DNA of 64,000 bases, taken from Auanema rhodensis (Eukaryota > Animalia > Nematoda). The DNA lies in the NCBI GenBank assembly GCA_964057225.1, contig OZ059895.1, positions 19,902,001 to 19,966,000 on the forward strand, in the 5' to 3' direction. Within the stretch, counting starts at the first letter, position 1, and each line of letters begins with the position of its first letter. A program made the translations under genes and the position numbers. Below are positions 11,701 to 24,500 of this stretch, in pieces. Under the pieces are notes generated by a model. It saw only the letters and a list, made by a program, of their open reading frames with translations. It did no database searches and was not told where the DNA came from.

Positions 11701-13333
11701 GTCTTTGCCTTGAAAGAAAGAATCTGAAAACATCTACTTTTTGCTAATATATTTTGAAATTTTTGAAAAAATTTTTGTCAAAATGTTTTTGGAAGCAATG
11801 TTGAGTGTACATGGAAACTCAACATACACTAATGCATCATTTTTCAAACGATCATAACTAATTTTTGTATTGAGCGTTTCGCAATGTAGTATAGTGCATT
11901 CGATGCGGATTTTTAAGCTGCGTCGATCTGTGTTATCAGATTTGCGCTAGCTTAAAAATGCACCGAGATATCAACTGATATAAGTTAACACTTATATCCT
12001 CGATTTTCACCCTGAAGAATTAATTTTTTTGTTGAATAACATTGTCCATCGTCTTTGCCTTGAAAGAAAGAATCTGAAAACATCTACTTTTTGCTAAATT
12101 ATTTTGAAATTTTTCGAAAAAATTTTTGTCAAAATGTTTTTGGAAGCAATGTTGAGTGTACATGGAAACTCAACATACACTAATGCATCATTTTTCAAAC
12201 GATCATAACTAATTTTTGTATTGAGCGTTTCTCAATGTAGTATAGTGCATTCGATGCGGATTTTTAAGCTGCGTCGATCTGTATTATCAGATTTGCGCTA
12301 GCTTAAAAATGCACCGAGATATCAACTGATATATGTTCACACTTAGATCCTCGATTTTCACCCTGAAGAATTAATTTTTTCGTTGAATAACAATGTCCAT
12401 CGTCTTTGCCTTGAAAGAAAGAATCTGAAAACATCTACTTTTTGCTAAATTATTTTGAAATTTTTTGAAAAAATTTTTGTCAAAATGTTTTTGGAAGCAA
12501 TGTTGAGTGTACATGGAAACTCAACATACACTAATGCATCATTTTGCAAACGATCATAACTAATTTCTGTATTGAGCGTTTCTCAATGTAGTATAGTGCA
12601 ATCGATGCGGATTTTTAAGCTGCGTCGATCTGTGTTATCAGATTTGCGCTAGCTTAAAAATGCACCGAGACATCAACTGATATAAGTTCACACTTATATC
12701 CTCGATTTTCACCCTGAAGAATTAATTTTTTCGTTGAATAGCATTGTCCATCGTTTTTGCCTTGAAAAAAGGAATCTAAAAACATCTACTTTTTGCAAAA
12801 TTATTTTGAAATTTTTCGAAAAAATTTTTGTCAAAATGTTTTTGGAAGCAATGTTGAGTGTACATGGAAACTCAACATACACTAATGCATCATTTTTCAA
12901 ACGATCATAACTAATTTTTGTATTAAGCTTTTCTCAATGTAGTGTAGTGCATTCGATACGGATTTTTGAGCTGCGTCGATCTGTGTTATCAGATTTGCGC
13001 TAGCTTGAAAATGCACCGAGATATCAACTGATATAAGTTCACACTTACATCCTCGATTTTCACCCTGAAGAATTAATTTTTTCGTTGAATAACATTGTCC
13101 ATCGTCTTTGCCTTGAAAGAAAGAATCTGAAAACATCTACTTTTTGCTAATATATTTTGAAATTTTTGAAAAAATTTTCGTCAAAATGTTTTTGGAAGCA
13201 ATGTTGAGTGTACATGGAAACTCAACATACACTAATGCATCATTTTTCAAACGATCATAACTAATTTTTGTATTGAGCGTTTCTCAATGTAGTATAGTGC
13301 ATTCGATGCGGATTTTTAAGCTGCGTCGATCTG
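7020..13333. repeat. Tandem 9-monomer duplication (period 3157 bp)
   Basis: The same order of nine types occurs in 7020-10176 and 10177-13333. ORF pairs 9552/12709 and 9740/12897 are 3157 apart. Confidence 0.88.
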
Positions 13334-14386
13334 TGTTATCAGATTTGCGCTAGCTTAAAAATGCACCGAGATATCAACTGATATAAGTTAACACTTATAT
13401 CCTCGATTTTCACCCTGAAGAATTAATTTTTTTGTTGAATAACATTGTCCATCGTCTTTGCCTTGAAAGAAAGAATCTGAAAACATCTACTTTTTGCTAA
13501 ATTATTTTGAAATTTTTCGAAAAAATTTTTGTCAAAATGTTTTTGGAAGCAATGTTGAGTGTACATGGAAACTCAACATACACTAATGCATCATTTTTCA
13601 AACGATCATAACTAATTTCTGTATTGAGCGTTTCTCAATGTAGTATAGTGCATTCGATGCGGATTTTTAAGCTGCGTCGATCTGTGTTATCAGATTTGCG
13701 CTAGCTTAAAAATGCACCGAGATATCAACTGATATAAGTTCACACTTATATCCTCGATTTTCACCCTGAAGAATTAATTTTTTCGTTGAATAACATTGTT
13801 CATCGTTTTTGCCTTGAAAAAAGGAATCTAAAAACATCTACTTTTTGCAAAATTATTTTGAAATTTTTCGAAAAAATTTTTGTGAAAATGTTTTTGGAAG
13901 CAATGTTGAGTGTACATGGAAACTCAACATACACTAATGCATCATTTTTCAAACGATCATAACTAATTTTTGTATTAAGCTTTTCTCAATGTAGTATAGT
14001 GCATTCGATGCGGATTTTTAAGCTGCGTCGATCTGTGTTATCAGATTTGCGCTAGCTTAAAAATGCACCGAGATATCAACTGATATAAGTTCACACTTAC
14101 ATCCTCGATTTTCACCCTGAAGAATTAATTTTTTCGTTGAATAACATTGTCCATCGTCTTTGCCTTGAAAGAAAGATACTGAAAACATCTACTTTTTGCT
14201 AAATTATTTTGAAATTTTTCGAAAAAATTTTTGTCAAAATGTTTTTGGAAGCAATGTTGAGTGTACATGGAAACTCAACATATACTAATGCATCATTTTT
14301 CAAACGATCATAACTAATTTTTGTATTAAGCGTTTCTCAATGTAGTATAGTGCATTCGATGCGGATTTTTAAGCTGCGTCGATCTG

Positions 14387-17300
14387 TGTTTTCAGATTTG
14401 CGCTAGCTTAAAAATGCACCGAGATATCAACTGATATAAGTTCACACTTACATCCTCGATTTTCACCCTGAAGAATTAATTTTTTCGTTGAATAACATTG
14501 TCTATCGTCTTTGCCTTGAAAGAAAGAATCTGAAAACATCTACTTTTTGCTAAATTATTCTGAAATTTTTCGAAAAAATTTTTGTCAAAATGTTTTTGGA
14601 AGCAATGTTGAATGTACATGGAAACTCAACATATACTAATGCATCATTTTTCAAACGATCATAACTAATTTTTGTATTGAGCGTTTCTCAATGTAGTATA
14701 GTGCATTCGATGCGGATTTTTAAGCTGCGTCGATCTGTGTTTTCAGATTTGCGCTAGCTTAAAAATGCACCGAGATATCAACTGATATAAGTTCACACTT
14801 ACATCCTCGATTTTCACCCTGAAGAATTAATTTTTTCGTTGAATAACATTGTCCATCGTCTTTGCCTTGAAAGAAAGATACTGAAAACATCTACTTTTTG
14901 CTAAATTATTTTGAAATTTTTCGAAAAAATTTTTGTCAAAATGTTTTTGGAAGCAATGTTGAGTGTACATGGAAACTCAACATATACTAATGCATCATTT
15001 TTCAAACGATCATAACTAATTTTTGTATTAAGCGTTTCTCAATGTAGTATAGTGCATTCGATGCGGATTTTTAAGCTGCGTCGATCTGTGTTTTCAGATT
15101 TGCGCTAGCTTAAAAATGCACCGAGATATCAACTGATATAAGTTCACACTTACATCCTCGATTTTCACCCTGAAGAATTAATTTTTTCGTTGAATAACAT
15201 TGTCCATCGTCTTTGCCTTGAAAGAAAGATACTGAAAACATCTACTTTTTGCTAAATTATTTTGAAATTTTTCGAAAAAATTTTTGTCAAAATGTTTTTG
15301 GAAGCAATGTTGAGTGTACATGGAAACTCAACATATACTAATGCATCATTTTTCAAACGATCATAACTAATTTTTGTATTAAGCGTTTCTCAATGTAGTA
15401 TAGTGCATTCGATGCGGATTTTTAAGCTGCGTCGATCTGTGTTTTCAGATTTGCGCTAGCTTAAAAATGCACCGAGATATCAACTGATATAAGTTCACAC
15501 TTACATCCTCGATTTTCACCCTGAAGAATTAATTTTTTCGTTGAATAACATTGTCCATCGTCTTTGCCTTAAAAGAAAGATACTGAAAACATCTACTTTT
15601 TGCTAAATTATTTTGAAATTTTTCGAAAAAATTTTTGTCAAAATGTTTTTGGAAGCAATGTTGAGTGTACATGGAAACTCAACATACACTAATGCATCAT
15701 TTTTCAAACGATCATAACTAATTTTTGTATTGAGCGTTTCTCAATGTAGTATAGTGCATTCGATGCGGATTTTTAAGCTGCGTCGATCTGTGTTTTCAGA
15801 TTTGCGCTAGCTTAAAAATGCACCGAGATATCAACTGATATAAGTTCACACTTACATCCTCGATTTTCACCCTGAAGAATTAATTTTTTCGTTGAATAAC
15901 ATTGTTCATCGTTTTTGCCTTGAAAAAAGGAATCTAAAAACATCTACTTTTTGCAAAATTATTTTGAAATTTTTCGAAAAAATTTTTGTGAAAATGTTTT
16001 TGGAAGCAATGTTGAGTGTACATGGAAACTCAACATACACTAATGCATCATTTTTCAAACGATCATAACTAATTTTTGTATTAAGCTTTTCTCAATGTAG
16101 TATAGTGCATTCGATGCGGATTTTTAAGCTGCGTCGATCTGTGTTATCAGATTTGCGCTAGCTTGAAAATGCACCGAGATATCAACTGATATAAGTTCAC
16201 ACTTACATCCTCGATTTTCACCCTGAAGAATTAATTTTTTCGTTGAATAACATTGTCCATCGTCTTTGCCTTGAAAGAAAAAATCTGAAAACATCTACTT
16301 TTTGCTAATATATTTTGAAATTTTTGAAAAAATTTTTGTCAAAATGTTTTTGGAAGCAATGTTGAGTGTACATGGAAACTCAACATACACTAATGCATCA
16401 TTTTTCAAACGATCATAACTAATTTTTGTATTAAGCGTTTCTCAATGTAGTATAGTGCATTCGATGCGGATTTTTAAGCTGCGTCGATCTGTGTTTTCAG
16501 ATTTGCGCTAGCTTAAAAATGCACCGAGATATCAACTGATATAAGTTCACACTTACATCCTCGATTTTCACCCTGAAGAATTAATTTTTTCGTTGAATAA
16601 CATTGTCCATCGTCTTTGCCTTGAAAGAAAGATACTGAAAACATCTACTTTTTGCTAAATTATTCTGAAATTTTTCGAAAAAATTTTTGTCAAAATGTTT
16701 TTGGAAGCAATGTTGAATGTACATGGAAACTCAACATATACTAATGCATCATTTTTCAAACGATCATAACTAATTTTTGTATTGAGCGTTTCTCAATGTA
16801 GTATAGTGCATTCGATGCGGATTTTTAAGCTGCGTCGATCTGTGTTTTCAGATTTGCGCTAGCTTAAAAATGCACCGAGATATCAACTGATATAAGTTCA
16901 CACTTACATCCTCGATTTTCACCCTGAAGAATTAATTTTTTCGTTGAATAACATTGTCCATCGTCTTTGCCTTGAAAGAAAGATACTGAAAACATCTACT
17001 TTTTGCTAAATTATTTTGAAATTTTTCGAAAAAATTTTTGTCAAAATGTTTTTGGAAGCAATGTTGAGTGTACATGGAAACTCAACATATACTAATGCAT
17101 CATTTTTCAAACGATCATAACTAATTTTTGTATTAAGCGTTTCTCAATGTAGTATAGTGCATTCGATGCGGATTTTTAAGCTGCGTCGATCTGTGTTTTC
17201 AGATTTGCGCTAGCTTAAAAATGCACCGAGATATCAACTGATATAAGTTCACACTTACATCCTCGATTTTCACCCTGAAGAATTAATTTTTTCGTTGAAT

Positions 17301-18596
17301 AACATTGTCCATCGTCTTTGCCTTGAAAGAAAGATACTGAAAACATCTACTTTTTGCTAAATTATTTTGAAATTTTTCGAAAAAATTTTTGTCAAAATGT
17401 TTTTGGAAGCAATGTTGAGTGTACATGGAAACTCAACATATACTAATGCATCATTTTTCAAACGATCATAACTAATTTTTGAATTAAGCGTTTCTCAATG
17501 TAGTATAGTGCATTCGATGCGGATTTTTAAGCTGCGTCGATCTGTGTTTTCAGATTTGCGCTAGCTTAAAAATGCACCGAGATATCAACTGATATAAGTT
17601 CACACTTACATCCTCGATTTTCACCCTGAAGAATTAATTTTTTCGTTGAATAACATTGTCCATCGTCTTTGCCTTGAAAGAAAGATACTGAAAACATCTA
17701 CTTTTTGCTAAATTATTTTGAAATTTTTCGAAAAAATTTTTGTCAAAATGTTTTTGGAAGCAATGTTGAGTGTACATGGAAACTCAACATACACTAATGC
17801 ATCATTTTTCAAACGATCATAACTAATTTTTGTATTGAGCGTTTCTCAATGTAGTATAGTGCATTCGATGCGGATTTTTAAGCTGCGTCGATCTGTGTTT
17901 TCAGATTTGCGCTAGCTTAAAAATGCACCGAGATATCAACTGATATAAGTTCACACTTACATCCTCGATTTTCACCCTGAAGAATTAATTTTTTCGTTGA
18001 ATAACATTGTTCATCGTTTTTGCCTTGAAAAAAGGAATCTAAAAACATCTACTTTTTGCAAAATTATTTTGAAATTTTTCGAAAAAATTTTTGTGAAAAT
18101 GTTTTTGGAAGCAATGTTGAGTGTACATGGAAACTCAACATACACTAATGCATCATTTTTCAAACGATCATAACTAATTTTTGTATTAAGCTTTTCTCAA
18201 TGTAGTATAGTGCATTCGATGCGGATTTTTAAGCTGCGTCGATCTGTGTTATCAGATTTGCGCTAGCTTGAAAATGCACCGAGATATCAACTGATATAAG
18301 TTCACACTTACATCCTCGATTTTCACCCTGAAGAATTAATTTTTTCGTTGAATAACATTGTCCATCGTCTTTGCCTTGAAAGAAAAAATCTGAAAACATC
18401 TACTTTTTGCTAATATATTTTGAAATTTTTGAAAAAATTTTTGTCAAAATGTTTTTGGAAGCAATGTTGAGTGTACATGGAAACTCAACATACACTAATG
18501 CATCATTTTTCAAACGATCATAACTAATTTTTGTATTGAGCGTTTCTCAATGTAGTATAGTGCATTCGATGCGGATTTTTAAGCTGCGTCGATCTG
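14387..18596. repeat. Tandem 6-monomer duplication (period 2105 bp)
   Basis: The rare allele AAAGAAAAAATCTG occurs only at 16281 and 18386 (2105 = 6x351-1), and the monomer order matches. Confidence 0.85.
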
Positions 18597-21500
18597 TGTT
18601 ATCAGATTTGCGCTAGCTTAAAAATGCACCGAGATATCAACTGATATAAGTTAACACTTATATCCTCGATTTTCACCCTGAAGAATTAATTTTTTTGTTG
18701 AATAACATTGTCCATCGTCTTCGCCTTGAAAGAAAGAATCTGAAAACATCTACTTTTTGCTAAATTATTTTGAAATTTTTCGAAAAAATTTTTGTCAAAA
18801 TGTTTTTGGAAGCAATGTTGAGTGTACATGGAAACTCAACATACACTAATGCATCATTTTTCAAACGATCATAACTAATTTTTGTATTGAGCGTTTCTCA
18901 ATGTAGTATAGTGCATTCGATGCGGATTTTTAAGCTGCGTCGATCTGTGTTATCAGATTTGCGCTAGCTTAAAAATGCACCGAGATATCAACTGATATAT
19001 GTTCACACTTAGATCCTCGATTTTCACCCTGAAGAATTAATTTTTTCGTTGAATAACAATGTCCATCGTCTTTGCCTTGAAAGAAAGAATCTGAAAACAT
19101 CTACTTTTTGCTAAATTATTTTGAAATTTTTCGAAAAAATTTTTGTCAAAATGTTTTTGGAAGCAATGTTGAGTGTACATGGAAACTCAACATACACTAA
19201 TGCATCATTTTGCAAACGATCATAACTAATTTCTGTATTGAGCGTTTCTCAATGTAGTATAGTGCAATCGATGCGGATTTTTAAGCTGCGTCGATCTGTG
19301 TTATCAGATTTGCGCTAGCTTAAAAATGCACCGAGATATCAACTGATATAAGTTCACACTTATATCCTCGATTTTCACCCTGAAGAATTAATTTTTTCGT
19401 TGAATAGCATTGTCCATCGTTTTTGCCTTGAAAAAAGGAATCTAAAAACATCTACTTTTTGCAAAATTATTTTGAAATTTTTCGAAAAAATTTTTGTGAA
19501 AATGTTTTTGGAAGCAATGTTGAGTGTACATGGAAACTCAACATACACTAATGCATCATTTTTCAAACGATCATAACTAATTTTTGTATTAAGCTTTTCT
19601 CAATGTAGTATAGTGCATTCGATGCGGATTTTTAAGCTGCGTCGATCTGTGTTATCAGATTTGCGCTAGCTTGAAAATGCACCGAGATATCAACTGATAT
19701 AAGTTCACACTTACATCCTCGATTTTCACCCTGAAGAATTAATTTTTTCGTTGAATAACATTGTCCATCGTCTTTGCCTTGAAAGAAAGAATCTGAAAAC
19801 ATCTACTTTTTGCTAATATATTTTGAAATTTTTGAAAAAACTTTTGTCAAAATGTTTTTGGAAGCAATGTTGAGTGTACATGGAAACTCAACATACACTA
19901 ATGCATCATTTTTCAAACGATCATAACTAATTTTTGTATTGAGCGTTTCTCAATGTAGTATAGTGCATTCGATGCGGATTTTTAAGCTGCGTCGATCTGT
20001 GTTATCAGATTTGCGCTAGCTTAAAAATGCACCGAGATATCAACTGATATAAGTTAACACTTATATCCTCGATTTTCACCCTGAAGAATTAATTTTTTTG
20101 TTGAATAACATTGTCCATCGTCTTTGCCTTGAAAGAAAGAATCTGAAAACATCTACTTTTTGCTAAATTATTTTGAAATTTTTCGAAAAAATTTTTGTCA
20201 AAATGTTTTTGGAAGCAATGTTGAGTGTACATGGAAACTCAACATACACTAATGCATCATTTTTCAAACGATCATAACTAATTTTTGTATTGAGCGTTTC
20301 TCAATGCAGTATAGTGCATTCGATGCGGATTTTTAAGCTGCGTCGATCTGTGTTATCAGATTTGCGCTAGCTTAAAAATGCACCGAGATATCAACTGATA
20401 TATGTTCACACTTAGATCCTCGATTTTCACCCTGAAGAATTAATTTTTTCGTTGAATAACAATGTCCATCGTCTTTGCCTTGAAAGAAAGAATCTGAAAA
20501 CGTCTACTTTTTGCTAAATTATTTTGAAATTTTTCGAAAAAATTTTTGTCAAAATGTTTTTGGAAGCAATGTTGAGTGTACATGGAAACTCAACATACAC
20601 TAATGCATCATTTTTCAAACGATCATAACTAATTTTTGTATTAAGCTTTTCTCAATGTAGTGTAGTGCATTCGATACGGATTTTTGAGCTGCGTCGATCT
20701 GTGTTATCAGATTTGCGCTAGCTTGAAAATGCACCGAGATATCAACTGATATAAGTTCACACTTACATCCTCGATTTTCACCCTGAAGAATTAATTTTTT
20801 CGTTGAATAACATTGTCCATCGTCTTTGCCTTGAAAGAAAGAATCTGAAAACATCTACTTTTTGCTAATATATTTTGAAATTTTTGAAAAAATTTTCGTC
20901 AAAATGTTTTTGGAAGCAATGTTGAGTGTACATGGAAACTCAACATACACTAATGCATCATTTTTCAAACGATCATAACTAATTTTTGTATTGAGCGTTT
21001 CTCAATGTAGTATAGTGCATTCGATGCGGATTTTTAAGCTGCGTCGATCTGTGTTATCAGATTTGCGCTAGCTTAAAAATGCACCGAGATATCAACTGAT
21101 ATAAGTTAACACTTATATCCTCGATTTTCACCCTGAAGAATTAATTTTTTTGTTGAATAACATTGTCCATCGTCTTTGCCTTGAAAGAAAGAATCTGAAA
21201 ACATCTACTTTTTGCTAAATTATTTTGAAATTTTTCGAAAAAATTTTTGTCAAAATGTTTTTGGAAGCAATGTTGAGTGTACATGGAAACTCAACATACA
21301 CTAATGCATCATTTTTCAAACGATCATAACTAATTTTTGTATTGAGCGTTTCTCAATGCAGTATAGTGCATTCGATGCGGATTTTTAAGCTGCGTCGATC
21401 TGTGTTATCAGATTTGCGCTAGCTTAAAAATGCACCGAGATATCAACTGATATATGTTCACACTTAGATCCTCGATTTTCACCCTGAAGAATTAATTTTT

Positions 21501-24500
21501 TCGTTGAATAACAATGTCCATCGTCTTTGCCTTGAAAGAAAGAATCTGAAAACGTCTACTTTTTGCTAAATTATTTTGAAATTTTTCGAAAAAATTTTTG
21601 TCAAAATGTTTTTGGAAGCAATGTTGAGTGTACATGGAAACTCAACATACACTAATGCATCATTTTTCAAACGATCATAACTAATTTTTGTATTAAGCTT
21701 TTCTCAATGTAGTGTAGTGCATTCGATACGGATTTTTGAGCTGCGTCGATCTGTGTTATCAGATTTGCGCTAGCTTGAAAATGCACCGAGATATCAACTG
21801 ATATAAGTTCACACTTACATCCTCGATTTTCACCCTGAAGAATTAATTTTTTCGTTGAATAACATTGTCCATCGTCTTTGCCTTGAAAGAAAGAATCTGA
21901 AAACATCTACTTTTTGCTAATATATTTTGAAATTTTTGAAAAAATTTTCGTCAAAATGTTTTTGGAAGCAATGTTGAGTGTACATGGAAACTCAACATAC
22001 ACTAATGCATCATTTTTCAAACGATCATAACTAATTTTTGTATTGAGCGTTTCTCAATGTAGTATAGTGCATTCGATGCGGATTTTTAAGCTGCGTCGAT
22101 CTGTGTTATCAGATTTGCGCTAGCTTAAAAATGCACCGAGATATCAACTGATATAAGTTAACACTTATATCCTCGATTTTCACCCTGAAGAATTAATTTT
22201 TTTGTTGAATAACATTGTCCATCGTCTTTGCCTTGAAAGAAAGAATCTGAAAACATCTACTTTTTGCTAAATTATTTTGAAATTTTTCGAAAAAATTTTT
22301 GTCAAAATGTTTTTGGAAGCAATGTTGAGTGTACATGGAAACTCAACATACACTAATGCATCATTTTTCAAACGATCATAACTAATTTTTGTATTGAGCG
22401 TTTCTCAATGTAGTATAGTGCATTCGATGCGGATTTTTAAGCTGCGTCGATCTGTGTTATCAGATTTGCGCTAGCTTAAAAATGCACCGAGATATCAACT
22501 GATATAAGTTAACACTTATATCCTCGATTTTCACCCTGAAGAATTAATTTTTTTGTTGAATAACATTGTCCATCGTCTTTGCCTTGAAAGAAAGAATCTG
22601 AAAACATCTACTTTTTGCTAAATTATTTTGAAATTTTTCGAAAAAATTTTTGTCAAAATGTTTTTGGAAGCAATGTTGAGTGTACATGGAAACTCAACAT
22701 ACACTAATGCATCATTTTTCAAACGATCATAACTAATTTTTGTATTGAGCGTTTCTCAATGTAGTATAGTGCATTCGATGCGGATTTTTAAGCTGCGTCG
22801 ATCTGTGTTATCAGATTTGCGCTAGCTTAAAAATGCACCGAGATATCAACTGATATAAGTTAACACTTATATCCTCGATTTTCACCCTGAAGAATTAATT
22901 TTTTTGTTGAATAACATTGTCCATCGTCTTTGCCTCGAAAGAAAGAATCTGAAAACATCTACTTTTTGCTAAATTATTTTGAAATTTTTCGAAAAAATTT
23001 TTGTCAAAATGTTTTTGGAAGCAATGTTGAGTGTACATGGAAACTCAACATACACTAATGCATCATTTTTCAAACGATCATAACTAATTTTTGTATTGAG
23101 CGTTTCTCAATGTAGTATAGTGCATTCGATGCGGATTTTTAAGCTGCGTCGATCTGTGTTATCAGATTTGCGCTAGCTTAAAAATGCACCGAGATATCAA
23201 CTGATATATGTTCACACTTAGATCCTCGATTTTCACCCTGAAGAATTAATTTTTTCGTTGAATAACAATGTCCATCGTCTTTGCCTTGAAAGAAAGAATC
23301 TGAAAACATCTACTTTTTGCTAAATTATTTTGAAATTTTTCGAAAAAATTTTTGTCAAAATGTTTTTGGAAGCAATGTTGAGTGTACATGGAAACTCAAC
23401 ATACACTAATGCATCATTTTGCAAACGATCATAACTAATTTCTGTATTGAGCGTTTCTCAATGTAGTATAGTGCAATCGATGCGGATTTTTAAGCTGCGT
23501 CGATCTGTGTTATCAGATTTGCGCTAGCTTAAAAATGCACCGAGATATCAACTGATATAAGTTCACACTTATATCCTCGATTTTCACCCTGAAGAATTAA
23601 TTTTTTCGTTGAATAGCATTGTCCATCGTTTTTGCCTTGAAAAAAGGAATCTAAAAACATCTACTTTTTGCAAAATTATTTTGAAATTTTTCGAAAAAAT
23701 TTTTGTCAAAATGTTTTTGGAAGCAATGTTGAGTGTACATGGAAACTCAACATACACTAATGCATCATTTTTCAAACGATCATAACTAATTTTTGTATTA
23801 AGCTTTTCTCAATGTAGTGTAGTGCATTCGATACGGATTTTTGAGCTGCGTCGATCTGTGTTATCAGATTTGCGCTAGCTTAAAAATGCACCGAGATATC
23901 AACTGATATAAGTTAACACTTATATCCTCGATTTTCACCCTGAAGAATTAATTTTTTTGTTGAATAACATTGTCCATCGTCTTTGCCTTGAAAGAAAGAA
24001 TCTGAAAACATCTACTTTTTGCTAAATTATTTTGAAATTTTTCGAAAAAATTTTTGTCAAAATGTTTTTGGAAGCAATGTTGAGTGTACATGGAAACTCA
24101 ACATACACTAATGCATCATTTTTCAAACGATCATAACTAATTTCTGTATTGAGCGTTTCTCAATGTAGTATAGTGCATTCGATGCGGATTTTTAAGCTGC
24201 GTCGATCTGTGTTATCAGATTTGCGCTAGCTTAAAAATGCACCGAGATATCAACTGATATAAGTTCACACTTATATCCTCGATTTTCACCCTGAAGAATT
24301 AATTTTTTCGTTGAATAACATTGTTCATCGTTTTTGCCTTGAAAAAAGGAATCTAAAAACATCTACTTTTTGCAAAATTATTTTGAAATTTTTCGAAAAA
24401 ATTTTTGTGAAAATGTTTTTGGAAGCAATGTTGAGTGTACATGGAAACTCAACATACACTAATGCATCATTTTTCAAACGATCATAACTAATTTTTGTAT

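Larger units (their letters stand above)
1..18596. repeat. Satellite layer A: GATACTGAA-type monomers, interleaved with B-type monomers from about 4.5 kb
   Basis: The AAAGATACTGAA allele is frequent here, last seen in the monomer at 17545, and absent downstream. It usually travels with TGTTTTCAGA, CATATAC and ATTAAGCG. The ATTCTG+TTGAAT subtype is restricted to this layer. Confidence 0.88.
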
